This document shows, piece after piece, positions 9,924-19,571 of a stretch of DNA of 64,000 bases. The stretch covers positions 64,001-128,000 of the forward strand of contig JAVHQC010000025.1 in the NCBI GenBank assembly GCA_036170915.1. Reading direction: 5' to 3'. The position numbers and the translations under genes are program-made. The notes below the pieces were generated by a model. The model saw only the letters and a list, made by a program, of their open reading frames with translations, had not been told where the DNA came from and made no database searches. How positions within the stretch are numbered: the stretch's first letter is position 1; each line of letters opens with the position of its first letter. This stretch comes from Cyanobacteria bacterium auto_48_18 (GTDB lineage: Bacteria; Cyanobacteriota; Vampirovibrionia; Obscuribacterales; Obscuribacteraceae).

Positions 9924-11201
9924 ATGCTTCGCACTGAGCCTAAAAAAGTAGCTCCAGCCCCGACTGACGATTACGAGCAACTACCGCCAACTTTCACTAC
10001 TCGCATGTTGGCCATGCTCAAAATCACAGCCAGCAGCAAAGCGGCACAGGCAGCCCTACTGGTGGTTCTGGCCAACTGGGCTCTAGTAGCAACCAATCCA
10101 TTTAGAAATGTTGATCCTGATAGTCTTCCCACCCTGAAATCATGGGTATGGTGGACCACCCAAGATTATCGCCAGTTGAGCGAGCGACCAGCTGTGGTGC
10201 TGCTCGGTTCATCACTGCTAATGAATTCAGTCTGGATGCAAGAAGCCGAGCATTTACAAGAAAACGTAGACATCGTTGTAAATCGGCGCACTCGCTACCT
10301 TGAGACCATGCTGAGCAAACATTTGCCTGACTATAAAGGCATTTGCTTCAACTTTGGTTTACCTGGCAGCATGGTTTCCGACGATTACATGATCGCGCGT
10401 ACACTTTTTGAGCAAAAGCACACACCAAAAATCGCCGTGTTCTGCTTAGGACCAAGAGACTTGATGGATACCAGCTTTAGCTGTGCTGGTGCCACCAGCG
10501 CATTTAGATACCTCGAGCGTTTTACTGACACCAAAGATTTGCTCGACATTGCTTACACAAGCACATGGCCAAAAATCAATTTTATGTTGCGCGAGTTTGT
10601 TTATTTCGTTGATAAAAAACACCACTCACAATCTGTTCTCGGTGAGCAAGCAAAAACGGCTCTCAATCCGGTGTACAAAGGCTTTACTGGGCCAAGCAAA
10701 TTCAATGTCAAAACCGATTTTGATAAGCAGTTCGCTTTCTATCGATCTGAAGTAGAAAAAGGCGTCTTTATAGCCAAACCAAATGTGCAAACCGATTCTT
10801 TCTACGACAATGGTAAAGACTGGAAAAAGCGCTTCAAAAATTCAAATGACGAAATGTTCGATAATCAAAAAATTTGGTTGAACAAGGCCCTGAGCGAAGC
10901 TAAAGCCAAAGGCATAGTGCCGGTTCTGGTCAACATGCCTGTATCTGAGCTGGGCATCAAATATATTCCGCCACAAGTCTATAAAAGACACGTTGATACG
11001 CTGGTGGAAATGGCGGCAAAATACGATTGTCCTTATGTCGACACCATGAAAGAAGGTCATTTCGACATGAAAGACTTTTCTGATTATGGTCACATGGATG
11101 CCAGTGGTGGCAGAAAAATTGTTGATATTGTCGCCAATTATTTAGCCACCGATAGCCGCACCCGCAGCCGTTTAGCAGAAGAAACGGGGGGAGGCCGCTA
11201 A
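9924..11201 (+). CDS. SGNH-like (DUF1574/DltD/AlgJ-like) protein, probable O-acyltransfer partner
   Basis: VLLGSSL, FNFGLPG, FSDYGHM (DxxH); TAATG coupling to the MBOAT gene; TATAAT at 9891 favours the 9924 start. Confidence 0.7.
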   Translation: MLRTEPKKVAPAPTDDYEQLPPTFTTRMLAMLKITASSKAAQAALLVVLANWALVATNPFRNVDPDSLPTLKSWVWWTTQDYRQLSERPAVVLLGSSLLMNSVWMQEAEHLQENVDIVVNRRTRYLETMLSKHLPDYKGICFNFGLPGSMVSDDYMIARTLFEQKHTPKIAVFCLGPRDLMDTSFSCAGATSAFRYLERFTDTKDLLDIAYTSTWPKINFMLREFVYFVDKKHHSQSVLGEQAKTALNPVYKGFTGPSKFNVKTDFDKQFAFYRSEVEKGVFIAKPNVQTDSFYDNGKDWKKRFKNSNDEMFDNQKIWLNKALSEAKAKGIVPVLVNMPVSELGIKYIPPQVYKRHVDTLVEMAAKYDCPYVDTMKEGHFDMKDFSDYGHMDASGGRKIVDIVANYLATDSRTRSRLAEETGGGR

Positions 11202-12670
11202 TGCTATTTAACAGCGCCGCCTATCTGGTTTTTCTGCCCATAGTGGTGGCAATTTACTGGTCGATACCATTTCGCTATCGCACAGCGTTTTTACTTTTAG
11301 CCAGCTATTTTTTCTACATGACCTGGAAGCCGATTTATATCGTGCTGATTGTGGTGCTCACTGCCTTCAATTACTTTGCCGGTATTGTTATTGAGAAAGA
11401 AAAGGCAAGACGCAAGCTCTACCTCATTGGCGCGCTGGTGGCCAATATTGCTACTCTGGCTTACTTTAAATATGCATATTTCGCCATTGATTCGGCGAAT
11501 AGCTTACTCGCCGTGACCGGTAGCAAAAATTCTTATTCTTATCCTTTGCACGAAATTATCTTGCCTCTGGGCATTTCCTTTTTTGTTTTTGAATTTATCC
11601 ATTATCTGGTGGACGTTTATAAAGGCAGTGCTGCGGTTAAGGCTCCTCTGGAATTTGCTCTGTTTCCAAGCTTTTTCCCCACACAAATAGCTGGCCCCAT
11701 CAAGCGTTTCCAGGACTTTGTGCCGCAATTACATCTGCCCGCCAAAATCAATTTGAAAGACATTGATCAAGGTGTGGAACTGATTTTGTGGGGTTTGTTT
11801 AAGAAAGTAATCGTGGCCGATAGCCTGGCTGTTGTGATTGATAAATGTATGCCGCATCCTGAAATGCTCAGCACCATTGACTGCTGGATGCTGCTCTGGG
11901 CTTTTGCCATTCAGGTTTATTTTGATTTTTCAGGCTATACCGATATCGCCAGGGGATCAGCCGCCCTGCTTGGTTTCAAGGTACCACTAAATTTCGATCT
12001 TCCATTTTTGGCCGGCTCGATTACCGAATACTGGCGACGCTGGCACATCTCGCTTTCGTTGTGGTTGCGCGACTATTTGTTTTTCCCTCTGGGGGGAAGC
12101 AAGCACGGAACCCTTGCCACCATCCGCAATGTCATGATTACATTCACCATAGCTGGCCTCTGGCACGGTGCTGGTCTTAATTACATAATTTTCGGTGCTA
12201 TGCATGGCCTCTGGCTCAGCTGCAACCGTGTCTGGAGGCTAATTGTAGACAAGAGCCCTGTGCTTACCAAACTGACTGCAACCGTGCCTTTCCATGTCTT
12301 TGGTGTGCTGCTTACTTTCAATGCTCTGGCTGTGACACTAGTGACATTCCGCCTGCCTAATCTGGAATTATCGGGACGCTATTTTCAGAAGCTGCTCATA
12401 ATGACACCAGAAGCCGCTTTGAACCCTTTCACTTTGACCATTCCTTCTATTGAAGGGGCTGCAAACTTTGCTCTTTTCCCAGTATTTTTGTTAGCCATAG
12501 TGATTGGCCACTTAGTTTCCAATCAACTCAGAGGCAAAACCGTTCCTGGAATTCTGCCTTTACCAAAACCTGTGCAGATACTAAAACCAGCATATCTGGC
12601 CGCTCTGGCCATTCTGCTCTTGCTCTTTGCCCCAGATGGTACACCAAGCTTCGTTTATTTTCAGTTCTAA
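11201..12670 (+). CDS. MBOAT family O-acyltransferase (AlgI/DltB-like)
   Basis: LPLGISFF, AGPI.R, YFDFSGYTD.A, WRRWHISLS.WLRDY, GLWHGA. Confidence 0.95.
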   Translation: MLFNSAAYLVFLPIVVAIYWSIPFRYRTAFLLLASYFFYMTWKPIYIVLIVVLTAFNYFAGIVIEKEKARRKLYLIGALVANIATLAYFKYAYFAIDSANSLLAVTGSKNSYSYPLHEIILPLGISFFVFEFIHYLVDVYKGSAAVKAPLEFALFPSFFPTQIAGPIKRFQDFVPQLHLPAKINLKDIDQGVELILWGLFKKVIVADSLAVVIDKCMPHPEMLSTIDCWMLLWAFAIQVYFDFSGYTDIARGSAALLGFKVPLNFDLPFLAGSITEYWRRWHISLSLWLRDYLFFPLGGSKHGTLATIRNVMITFTIAGLWHGAGLNYIIFGAMHGLWLSCNRVWRLIVDKSPVLTKLTATVPFHVFGVLLTFNALAVTLVTFRLPNLELSGRYFQKLLIMTPEAALNPFTLTIPSIEGAANFALFPVFLLAIVIGHLVSNQLRGKTVPGILPLPKPVQILKPAYLAALAILLLLFAPDGTPSFVYFQF

Positions 12671-12702
12671 GCAGTTAAAATAGAACAGTTAAATTTGAGC
12701 GC

Positions 12703-13338
12703 TTATCTAATAGAAGCGAGAGTCATTTTTAAGCATGACTCGATATGAGCCTGGCACATTTCGTTCGACAATAAATCAGTGCCTTCGGGCCAGAGACTCT
12801 TGAGGTTGTCTCGTGCGATGACGTAAAAGACGCACATGCCCACAATATTGGCTGTAACGTGCACCACATCACCCTGAGCAAACTCACCGCTTTGCATTCC
12901 GCGTCTCAGACTTTCAATCAATGGGCCATAAAGGCTGCCCACCGAAGTTTCCATATAATATCTGCCTTCGTTTTGTAAGGCCTCAAGCAGCATCAAGCTA
13001 CCAACGTTAGGATTCTGAATTATTGAAGCAAGAAGGTTACGCACCACAGCTGATACTGCGTCAGTTGGAGACAGATCATCTACATGCAGCGAATCTAGAT
13101 CAGCTCTGCGTTTGGCAATCAACCTTTCCATAACCGCTTTATAGAGGTTTTCTTTGTTCTCAAAATAATAGTGAATCATCGCCTTAGTCACACCCGTGCG
13201 GGCGGCGATAGATTCGGTACGGGCGCCCCAGAGGCCAACTTTTGCAAACTCTTGCTCCGCCGCATCTAATATGCTGTTGCGAGTCGCTTCGGCATCACGT
13301 GTTGGCGCTTTGACACCAGGCTTGGCAATTTTTTCCAT
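12703..13338 (-). CDS. TetR/AcrR family transcriptional regulator
   Basis: ILDAAEQEFA..G..GAR..IAARTGVTKAMIHYYFENKENLY HTH. Confidence 0.93.
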   Translation of the reverse strand: MEKIAKPGVKAPTRDAEATRNSILDAAEQEFAKVGLWGARTESIAARTGVTKAMIHYYFENKENLYKAVMERLIAKRRADLDSLHVDDLSPTDAVSAVVRNLLASIIQNPNVGSLMLLEALQNEGRYYMETSVGSLYGPLIESLRRGMQSGEFAQGDVVHVTANIVGMCVFYVIARDNLKSLWPEGTDLLSNEMCQAHIESCLKMTLASIR

Positions 13339-13538
13339 TTAATCAGTCCACTTGTTGTGCTTACAATTGTACTCTGGACACCGGGCTCCAATTAATATTT
13401 GAACGCAGATTGTCCATCAAGGGCTGCCTGGATTCATAATTCCCTTCTTTGACGGATAAAACACGCTTTCACATCAAGCCAGTTATACTTCACTTGAAAA
13501 AATATCCGAAAAAAGTTTGTAATCGCCCTGCTAGCAAG

Positions 13539-13564
13539 AAGGACCGGTCTATTAACCGGTCCTT
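13539..13564. terminator. Inverted repeat (terminator-like hairpin or operator) between the two tetR genes
   Basis: AAGGACCGGT-ctatta-ACCGGTCCTT, perfect 10-bp arms. Confidence 0.45.
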
Positions 13565-13602
13565 GTATATTTTTTCTTGTTGCGCCGATGGAGGGTTAGA
13601 AT

Positions 13603-14214
13603 CTACTTTCTTAGCGCAGGCTGAGCCGAGAGAAACGTGAATGTCAAATCAACAAATGTGGTCAGAGGCTTAACTGTGCGCATAGATTTGGCGCGCAAGA
13701 TTGCACCTTCCCAACCACTGAGGAAAAGATCGGCAAGCTCAAGCGGTTCAAAGTCGTTGCGAATCTCTCCTTTTCTTTGACCTTCCTCCATGCAAGCAGC
13801 GAAAACATCTGTCCAACTTTGAAATACTTTCTCGAGTTCTTCGCGCAGCACTTCGCTTTGCCCTGCCATCTCCTGGCTGAGGTTGCCTATAAGACAGCCC
13901 CGAGTGCATTTACGCTCTTCGATACGTTGCCTGTGGGTGGCGCAGTACCGTTTCAAGCGATCAATCGGCGAAAGACTTCTATCTCGCAAACTAGAGAGTA
14001 TTTGTTCAGTGTAGCCTTGATCGAAATGCCGAATAATCTGCAAAGCGAAATCTTCTTTGCTCTCAAAATAATGGTAGAAAGAGCCTTTTGGTACTCCTAC
14101 CGACTCGAGCACTTCTTGCAAACCGCAATTGCTATAGCCTTTTTCAAGCATTAACCTTGTGCCGGCTTCCAGCAGCTCAAGCTTCGTTCCTTCTCTCTGT
14201 AATACTTTTGCCAT
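13603..14214 (-). CDS. TetR family regulator, NemR/AcuR-like
   Basis: GVPKGSFYHYFESKEDF HTH; GCLIGNLSQEM and WEGAILRAK C-terminal motifs. Confidence 0.9.
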   Translation of the reverse strand: MAKVLQREGTKLELLEAGTRLMLEKGYSNCGLQEVLESVGVPKGSFYHYFESKEDFALQIIRHFDQGYTEQILSSLRDRSLSPIDRLKRYCATHRQRIEERKCTRGCLIGNLSQEMAGQSEVLREELEKVFQSWTDVFAACMEEGQRKGEIRNDFEPLELADLFLSGWEGAILRAKSMRTVKPLTTFVDLTFTFLSAQPALRK

Positions 14215-14249
14215 TTCAACTGTCCATCTTTTAAAACCAACATACTTAC

Positions 14250-14278
14250 ATAATAGACCAGTCGTCTATAAACGTCAA
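14250..14278 (-). promoter_or_regulatory. Sigma70 promoter of the tetR gene with an overlapping palindromic operator
   Basis: Minus strand TTGACG(14278-14273)-17 bp-TATTAT(14255-14250); ATAGAC-cagtc-GTCTAT palindrome at 14253-14269. Confidence 0.75.
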
Positions 14279-14374
14279 GCATTTATAATCAAGACTCGCA
14301 CATTGCACACACATTTAATTGCGCACGGCAATTAATGACCAGCTAAGTGACCAGCTCATTGCTACAGCGGCAGA

Positions 14375-14503
14375 TTATTTTCTGCGGCCGTCTTCTACTT
14401 TTATGGGAATAGTTGCGGGTTGTGCACTCGGACCGGCGAGCCAGTTGCGTACGATATCCCACATCTCTTGCCAGAATGACCGCTGCAAGATTGACGGTTT
14501 CAT
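14375..14503 (-). CDS. Small 42-aa protein MKPSILQRSFWQEMWDIVRNWLAGPSAQPATIPIKVEDGRRK (not in the ORF track)
   Basis: ATG with GGAGG 7 nt upstream; occupies an otherwise empty intergenic gap; amphipathic Trp-rich helix plus a Pro-rich tail. Confidence 0.65.
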   Translation of the reverse strand: MKPSILQRSFWQEMWDIVRNWLAGPSAQPATIPIKVEDGRRK

Positions 14504-14635
14504 CAACGACCCTCCGAACCCTCTTTATTCACCATAGCAGATTAGCTGAAAAATGGAGAGTTGCCACCGCGGTTTTTCCCACGCGCAAGGTATTTTTTTG
14601 CAATCAGTCCTAAAATTACAGGGAACAGGAAGTCT

Positions 14636-17317
14636 ATGAATATAAGCGAAGAACAAAGACGACTGGCAGTAGACCAGGCTAGGGCAGCCAATTGGAAGCG
14701 CTGGGGCCCTTATCTTTCAGAGAGGCAATGGGGAACCGTGCGCGAAGATTATTCGCGCAACGGCACAACCTGGGAATATTTCGACCATGAGCAATCGCGC
14801 AGTCGTGCGTATCGCTGGGGTGAAGATGGTTTGCTCGGCATCACCGACCGTGAATGCCGACTGTGCTTCAGTGTAGCCCTCTGGAATGGCGCCGACAGCA
14901 TCATAAAGGAACGCCTTTTCGGCGTCACCAATCACCAGGGCAATCATGGCGAAGACGTTAAAGAGCAGTATTTTTACCTCGACTCAACACCAACGCATTC
15001 CTATCTAAAGGCCCTCTATAAATATCCGCAAAGAGCTTTTCCCTACGACCAGCTGGTAGCTGAAAACTCCCGCCGCTCTAGAGATTTGGGCGAATATGAA
15101 CTGTCAGACAGCGGCATTTTTGACGAGTCGCGCTACTTTGATGTGCTGGCGGAATATGCAAAAGCTGCTTCCGATGACATTTTAATCAAGCTCACGATTA
15201 CCAATCGCGGCCCCGAAAGTGCTCAATTACATCTGTTGCCCACCCTCTGGTTTCGCAATACATGGTCATGGGGACGATCAGGTGACGGTTACTGGCCAGA
15301 GCCGCAGATTAAACAGTCTGGAAGCTACGCCCAGGCCAGACACGACACTCTGGGCACATTTATATTCAGCTGTGAAAATGACGATTTTGAGCCTCTTTAC
15401 ACCAATAACGAAACTAACAGCGCCAAACTTTTTCAGGTCAAAAACAAAAGTAATTTTGTCAAAGACGCCTTTCATCAATATCTGGTTGACGGAAACAATG
15501 AAGCGGTTAATCCTCAACTCACAGGTACCAAAGCCGCCTTCTACAGCCAGCTGAGCCTGGCTCCAGGAGAGAGCACAACCTATAAATATCGCCTTCAAAT
15601 AGAAGAGCAATCACAGCAACTTCACAATCATCCTCAAAAACAGTGGCAGTTTGGCACCGAATTCGACAACATTTTTGCTGCGCGAATTAGTGAAGCCGAT
15701 CAGTTTTACAACATTGTTATACCGGCAACGCTTCCACTAGAACAGAAAGCAATCAGTCGCCAGGCCTACGCAGGCTTACTCTGGAGTAAACAGTTTTACT
15801 ACTACATTGTCAGCCAGTGGCTGGAAGGTGACCCTGTTTACCCGCCCCCAGAAAGACAGAAGATTCTCAATCAAAAATGGGGCAGTATTTTTAATCGCGA
15901 CATTATTTCCATGCCGGACAAGTGGGAGTATCCCTGGTATGCCATCTGGGATGTAGCTTTTCATATGATCGTCATGGCTCAAATAGATCCCAGTTTTGCT
16001 AAAGATCAACTGGTTCTCTTTTTGCGCGAATGGTACATGCGCCACGACGGGCAATTACCGGCCTATGAGTTCGATTTTTCTGACGTGAATCCGCCGGTGC
16101 ATGCCTGGGCGGCATTTCGTGTCTATAAAATGACCGCGCCGCAAGGTATGCGTGACCTGCCCTTTTTGGAGAGGGTGTTTCAAAAGCTCTTAATAAATTT
16201 CACCTGGTGGGTCAATCGTAAAGACGTTGATGGCAATGATTTATTTGGCGGTGGATTTCTCGGTCTGGACAATATCGGCATTTTTGATCGGTCAAAAGGA
16301 GCCACTCCATTTAATGGCGTGCTGCAGCAAGCTGATGGTACAGCCTGGATGAGCTTCTATTGCACAACCATGCTGGCCATGGCTCTGGAGCTATCCGAAA
16401 AACGTCCGGCTCACGAAGATATTGCTTCCAAATTTTTCGAACATTTTGTGCAAATTTCTGATGCCATACACAAAGCGGACGGCTCTGGTTTGTGGTGCGA
16501 AGAAGATGGTTTTTATTATGACCATTTACATGTTGTGAACGAGGGTGTTCAAAGCAATATTCCATTGCGCGTTCGCTCAATAGTGGGGCTTATTCCACTG
16601 TTGGCGGTGGAAGTTCTAGAGGAGCCACTGATTCAAAAGTTGCCCGGATTTTATAAACGAATGATGTGGTTCATTGAAAACAGAAGCGACCTTGATCAAA
16701 ATATCGCCCTGACGCGCACCACCAGTAGAGGCGAAAGTCGTTTGCTTTCATTGCTTTCCATTGAAAGACTTAAGAGAGTACTGGCGTACATGCTGGACGA
16801 AAATGAGTTTCTATCACCATTCGGCATTCGCTCACTCTCAAGAATCTATGAAGACAAGCCGTTTGTCTTCAGCGGTGACGGCGAGATTTACGAAGTCAAA
16901 TATGTTCCAGGAGAAAGCAACACTGCTGCTTTCGGCGGCAATTCGAACTGGCGAGGGCCCATATGGTTTCCACTCAACTTTTTGATTATCGAAGCGCTTG
17001 AGCGCTATCACCGCTTTTATGGCGACGACTTTAAAGTGGAATGTCCCACAGGATCAGGCAATTTTCTTAGCCTGAAAGCAGTATCCCAAGAATTGTCACG
17101 CCGCCTGAGTAGCATATTCCTCACCGATGCCAAATCGAATTCAAGACCATGGCAGAGAGATACAGAAGAATTGTTCAGTCGAACAGACTGGCAAGATCTA
17201 CATTTATTCTACGAATATTTTCATGCTGAAACCGGCCGCGGCCTCGGTGCCAGTCACCAGACCGGATGGACGGCATTGATCACAAAGTTATTTACGAAAT
17301 GCGAACAGCCTTCGTAA
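14636..17317 (+). CDS. GH63-like / MGH1-like glycoside hydrolase (glucosidase)
   Basis: WGPYLSERQWGTVREDYS, MPDKWEYPW, GGFLGLDNIG, NWRGPIWFP, GLGASHQTGWT. Confidence 0.9.
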   Translation: MNISEEQRRLAVDQARAANWKRWGPYLSERQWGTVREDYSRNGTTWEYFDHEQSRSRAYRWGEDGLLGITDRECRLCFSVALWNGADSIIKERLFGVTNHQGNHGEDVKEQYFYLDSTPTHSYLKALYKYPQRAFPYDQLVAENSRRSRDLGEYELSDSGIFDESRYFDVLAEYAKAASDDILIKLTITNRGPESAQLHLLPTLWFRNTWSWGRSGDGYWPEPQIKQSGSYAQARHDTLGTFIFSCENDDFEPLYTNNETNSAKLFQVKNKSNFVKDAFHQYLVDGNNEAVNPQLTGTKAAFYSQLSLAPGESTTYKYRLQIEEQSQQLHNHPQKQWQFGTEFDNIFAARISEADQFYNIVIPATLPLEQKAISRQAYAGLLWSKQFYYYIVSQWLEGDPVYPPPERQKILNQKWGSIFNRDIISMPDKWEYPWYAIWDVAFHMIVMAQIDPSFAKDQLVLFLREWYMRHDGQLPAYEFDFSDVNPPVHAWAAFRVYKMTAPQGMRDLPFLERVFQKLLINFTWWVNRKDVDGNDLFGGGFLGLDNIGIFDRSKGATPFNGVLQQADGTAWMSFYCTTMLAMALELSEKRPAHEDIASKFFEHFVQISDAIHKADGSGLWCEEDGFYYDHLHVVNEGVQSNIPLRVRSIVGLIPLLAVEVLEEPLIQKLPGFYKRMMWFIENRSDLDQNIALTRTTSRGESRLLSLLSIERLKRVLAYMLDENEFLSPFGIRSLSRIYEDKPFVFSGDGEIYEVKYVPGESNTAAFGGNSNWRGPIWFPLNFLIIEALERYHRFYGDDFKVECPTGSGNFLSLKAVSQELSRRLSSIFLTDAKSNSRPWQRDTEELFSRTDWQDLHLFYEYFHAETGRGLGASHQTGWTALITKLFTKCEQPS

Positions 17318-17440
17318 AGCAAAGTTATGGCTCAGGGCCTTTCAATCAAGCCCATAGCCGCTTGACTGTTATACTTATGCTTGCTAATAAATGCGTCCAG
17401 CGTAAATGCTTACAGCTGAATTTTTGCACGGAGTGTTGCA

Positions 17441-18628
17441 GTGTCTCAATCAGAACCTCAAATCGTTCGCCTTCAAGCCAACTCAAAAGATGCAAACGGC
17501 AAGAAAATTTTAAAAGATAAATTGAAGGTAGGCATTGTGGGAGCCACCGGCATGGTGGGCCAGCAACTGATTCGCATGCTCAAAGATAATCCGTGGTTTG
17601 AAATTACCAAATTGGCAGCTTCGGCTGGCTCAGCCGGCAAATCTTATCAAGATTCAGTGGCCGGTCGTTGGTTTATGGACTTTGCTATTCCAGCATCAGT
17701 TGGAGCGCTTACAGTGGTTGATGCCGATAACCTCGACCTGGTGGTTGAAGGTGTCGACATTGTTTTTTGCGCTGTTAGTCTTGATAAACCCAGTGTTCTC
17801 AAGCTTGAAGACGAACTGGCTAAACGCGGAGTTTTTGTTACATCGTGCAATTCAGCCAATCGTATGGACGCACTGATACCGATGATGATACCAGCAGCCA
17901 ACGCAGGTCACCTTAAAGTACTGGAACTGCAACGGCAGACCCGTGGTTACAGCACTGGTGCCATTATTGTCAAAAGTAACTGCTCTATTCAAAGCTATGT
18001 TATTGCCATGACTCCACTGAAAGAGTTTGGTATCAAACAGATTTTTGTACATAGTGAACAAGCACTTTCCGGCGCCGGCAAAACCTTTGCCACCTGGCCA
18101 GAGATGGTAGAAAACGTCATTCCGTATATAGGTGGAGAAGAGCAAAAATCAGAACAAGAGCCGCTTAAAATCTGGGGCGAAATTGGCCCTGCCGGCATTG
18201 ACCACGCAGCATCACCGAAAATTCAGGCTAAGTGCGTGCGGGTGGCGGTGGCTGACGGTCACACTGCTTATGTTAATGCCCAGCTTAATTCGGCCATAGG
18301 TCGCAAGACTATTTTGAGCAAATGGAGCGAGTTTAAAGGTGTATCCGGCGATCTGTCTGAACTACCTTCCGCACCACAACAAATAATTCACTTCCAGGAT
18401 GCACCAGACCGGCCGCAACCAAAACTAGACGTTATGACTGAAAACGGCATGGCCGTCACCACTGGTCAGCTGACAGTAAATGAAGACTGGGTGCGCTTCA
18501 CCGCTCTAGCACACAATGCTATCCTTGGCGCTGCTGGTGGTGCAGTACTGGCTACCGAATTAGCAGTAGCCAGTGGCTATGTCTTTCGCCGCGTGCCGGT
18601 GAAAACAGCAGCCAGTGCTATAAGTTAG
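17441..18628 (+). CDS. asd: Aspartate-semialdehyde dehydrogenase
   Basis: VGATGMVGQ, NCS catalytic Cys, QALSGAG, CVRVAVADGH, HNAILGAAG. Confidence 0.9.
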   Translation: MSQSEPQIVRLQANSKDANGKKILKDKLKVGIVGATGMVGQQLIRMLKDNPWFEITKLAASAGSAGKSYQDSVAGRWFMDFAIPASVGALTVVDADNLDLVVEGVDIVFCAVSLDKPSVLKLEDELAKRGVFVTSCNSANRMDALIPMMIPAANAGHLKVLELQRQTRGYSTGAIIVKSNCSIQSYVIAMTPLKEFGIKQIFVHSEQALSGAGKTFATWPEMVENVIPYIGGEEQKSEQEPLKIWGEIGPAGIDHAASPKIQAKCVRVAVADGHTAYVNAQLNSAIGRKTILSKWSEFKGVSGDLSELPSAPQQIIHFQDAPDRPQPKLDVMTENGMAVTTGQLTVNEDWVRFTALAHNAILGAAGGAVLATELAVASGYVFRRVPVKTAASAIS

Positions 18629-19472
18629 CATCAGCCTGATCAGCTTCTACATCGAACTGCCTGAAAGTATCGGCAAATTGCTTGATTGATTCGAGCATGG
18701 CAGGAGTGTCGCTTTCACTCATCATGTCGCTGCGTGCAGGGTCGGTAATTTGTCCGTGTCCTTTGCGGCGCAACAGTTGTTCGATACACCAGGTGCCATA
18801 ATTTTCGGCTGATTCGGCAAACTTGCATTCGGCATCGGTTAAGCCAATGGCTAGAAATAGCCCAAAGCCGCCGGAAGGCAGTGGATACCAGGCATCGGGA
18901 GCTTCATCGGCATACCAGATAATTGCCGAATTAAGCAGTGAATCAGAGTTGGGAGCGATGGGGGCACCAAGGGCGATGCGTTTACCTGGGCTCAATGTAC
19001 CAGCGTGATTGAAAATATAAAAGGCCATTGTGCGCAATAGCTGTGGCGCCCAGGCACTGTCTATGGGGCTTTTGATAATCAGCTCGCAACCAAAGCCCGA
19101 AACTTCGAGCGGTTCACTTTGCACCCAGGGGCTGGCTAAACCGGCGGTGACATAGGTCCAATAAGGTTTAAATGGGTCTGGTCCGTAGGCTAAGACTGCC
19201 AGCTGCTGCTCGCTGCCGGCACTGTCAGGGGGTCTTGAAGTGTCGTTACTTTCGAGCCTGCTTTTGCGTTTCTTTGCTGCCGCTGGTAGATCTGGAAAAA
19301 CTGGAGGGCCATAATTGGCAGGCGAAACATATGAAGGCTCTCCAAAAATTTCTTTATAGAGATTATCTCTGGCAGTCCACGCTTGCCGCAAAAGCTCACG
19401 CCGGGCCAGTTCACTCTCCCTTTCAAACTCGGGATCTTCTTTGCCTACGCGATTGTCTTCTTGCTTACCCAT
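18618..19472 (-). CDS. Suppressor-of-fused (SUFU) domain protein
   Basis: WTYVTAGL, GFGCELII, WAPQLL..MA.Y, LPSG.F..F..IGLTDAE pattern of bacterial SUFU domains. Confidence 0.75.
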   Translation of the reverse strand: MGKQEDNRVGKEDPEFERESELARRELLRQAWTARDNLYKEIFGEPSYVSPANYGPPVFPDLPAAAKKRKSRLESNDTSRPPDSAGSEQQLAVLAYGPDPFKPYWTYVTAGLASPWVQSEPLEVSGFGCELIIKSPIDSAWAPQLLRTMAFYIFNHAGTLSPGKRIALGAPIAPNSDSLLNSAIIWYADEAPDAWYPLPSGGFGLFLAIGLTDAECKFAESAENYGTWCIEQLLRRKGHGQITDPARSDMMSESDTPAMLESIKQFADTFRQFDVEADQADANL

Positions 19473-19476
19473 TGTT

Positions 19477-19570
19477 ATCTCAGTAAGTTGATCTCAGTAA
19501 GTTGATCTCAGTAAGTCGATCTCAGTAAGTTGATCTCAGTAAGTCGATCTCAGTAAGTTGATCTCAATAA
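19477..19570. repeat. 14-bp tandem repeat ATCTCAGTAAGT(T/C)G, six full copies plus a partial
   Basis: Units start at 19477, 19491, 19505, 19519, 19533, 19547; partial at 19561. Confidence 0.97.
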
Positions 19571-19571
19571 A

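Noticed and set aside
9558..12670. RRM-SGNH-MBOAT as a novel system
   Set aside because: SGNH plus MBOAT is a well-known O-acylation pairing, and a TATAAT at 9891 suggests it is transcribed separately from the RRM gene
19477..19570. Possible CRISPR array
   Set aside because: 14-bp units abut with no unique spacers, and there are no cas genes in the window
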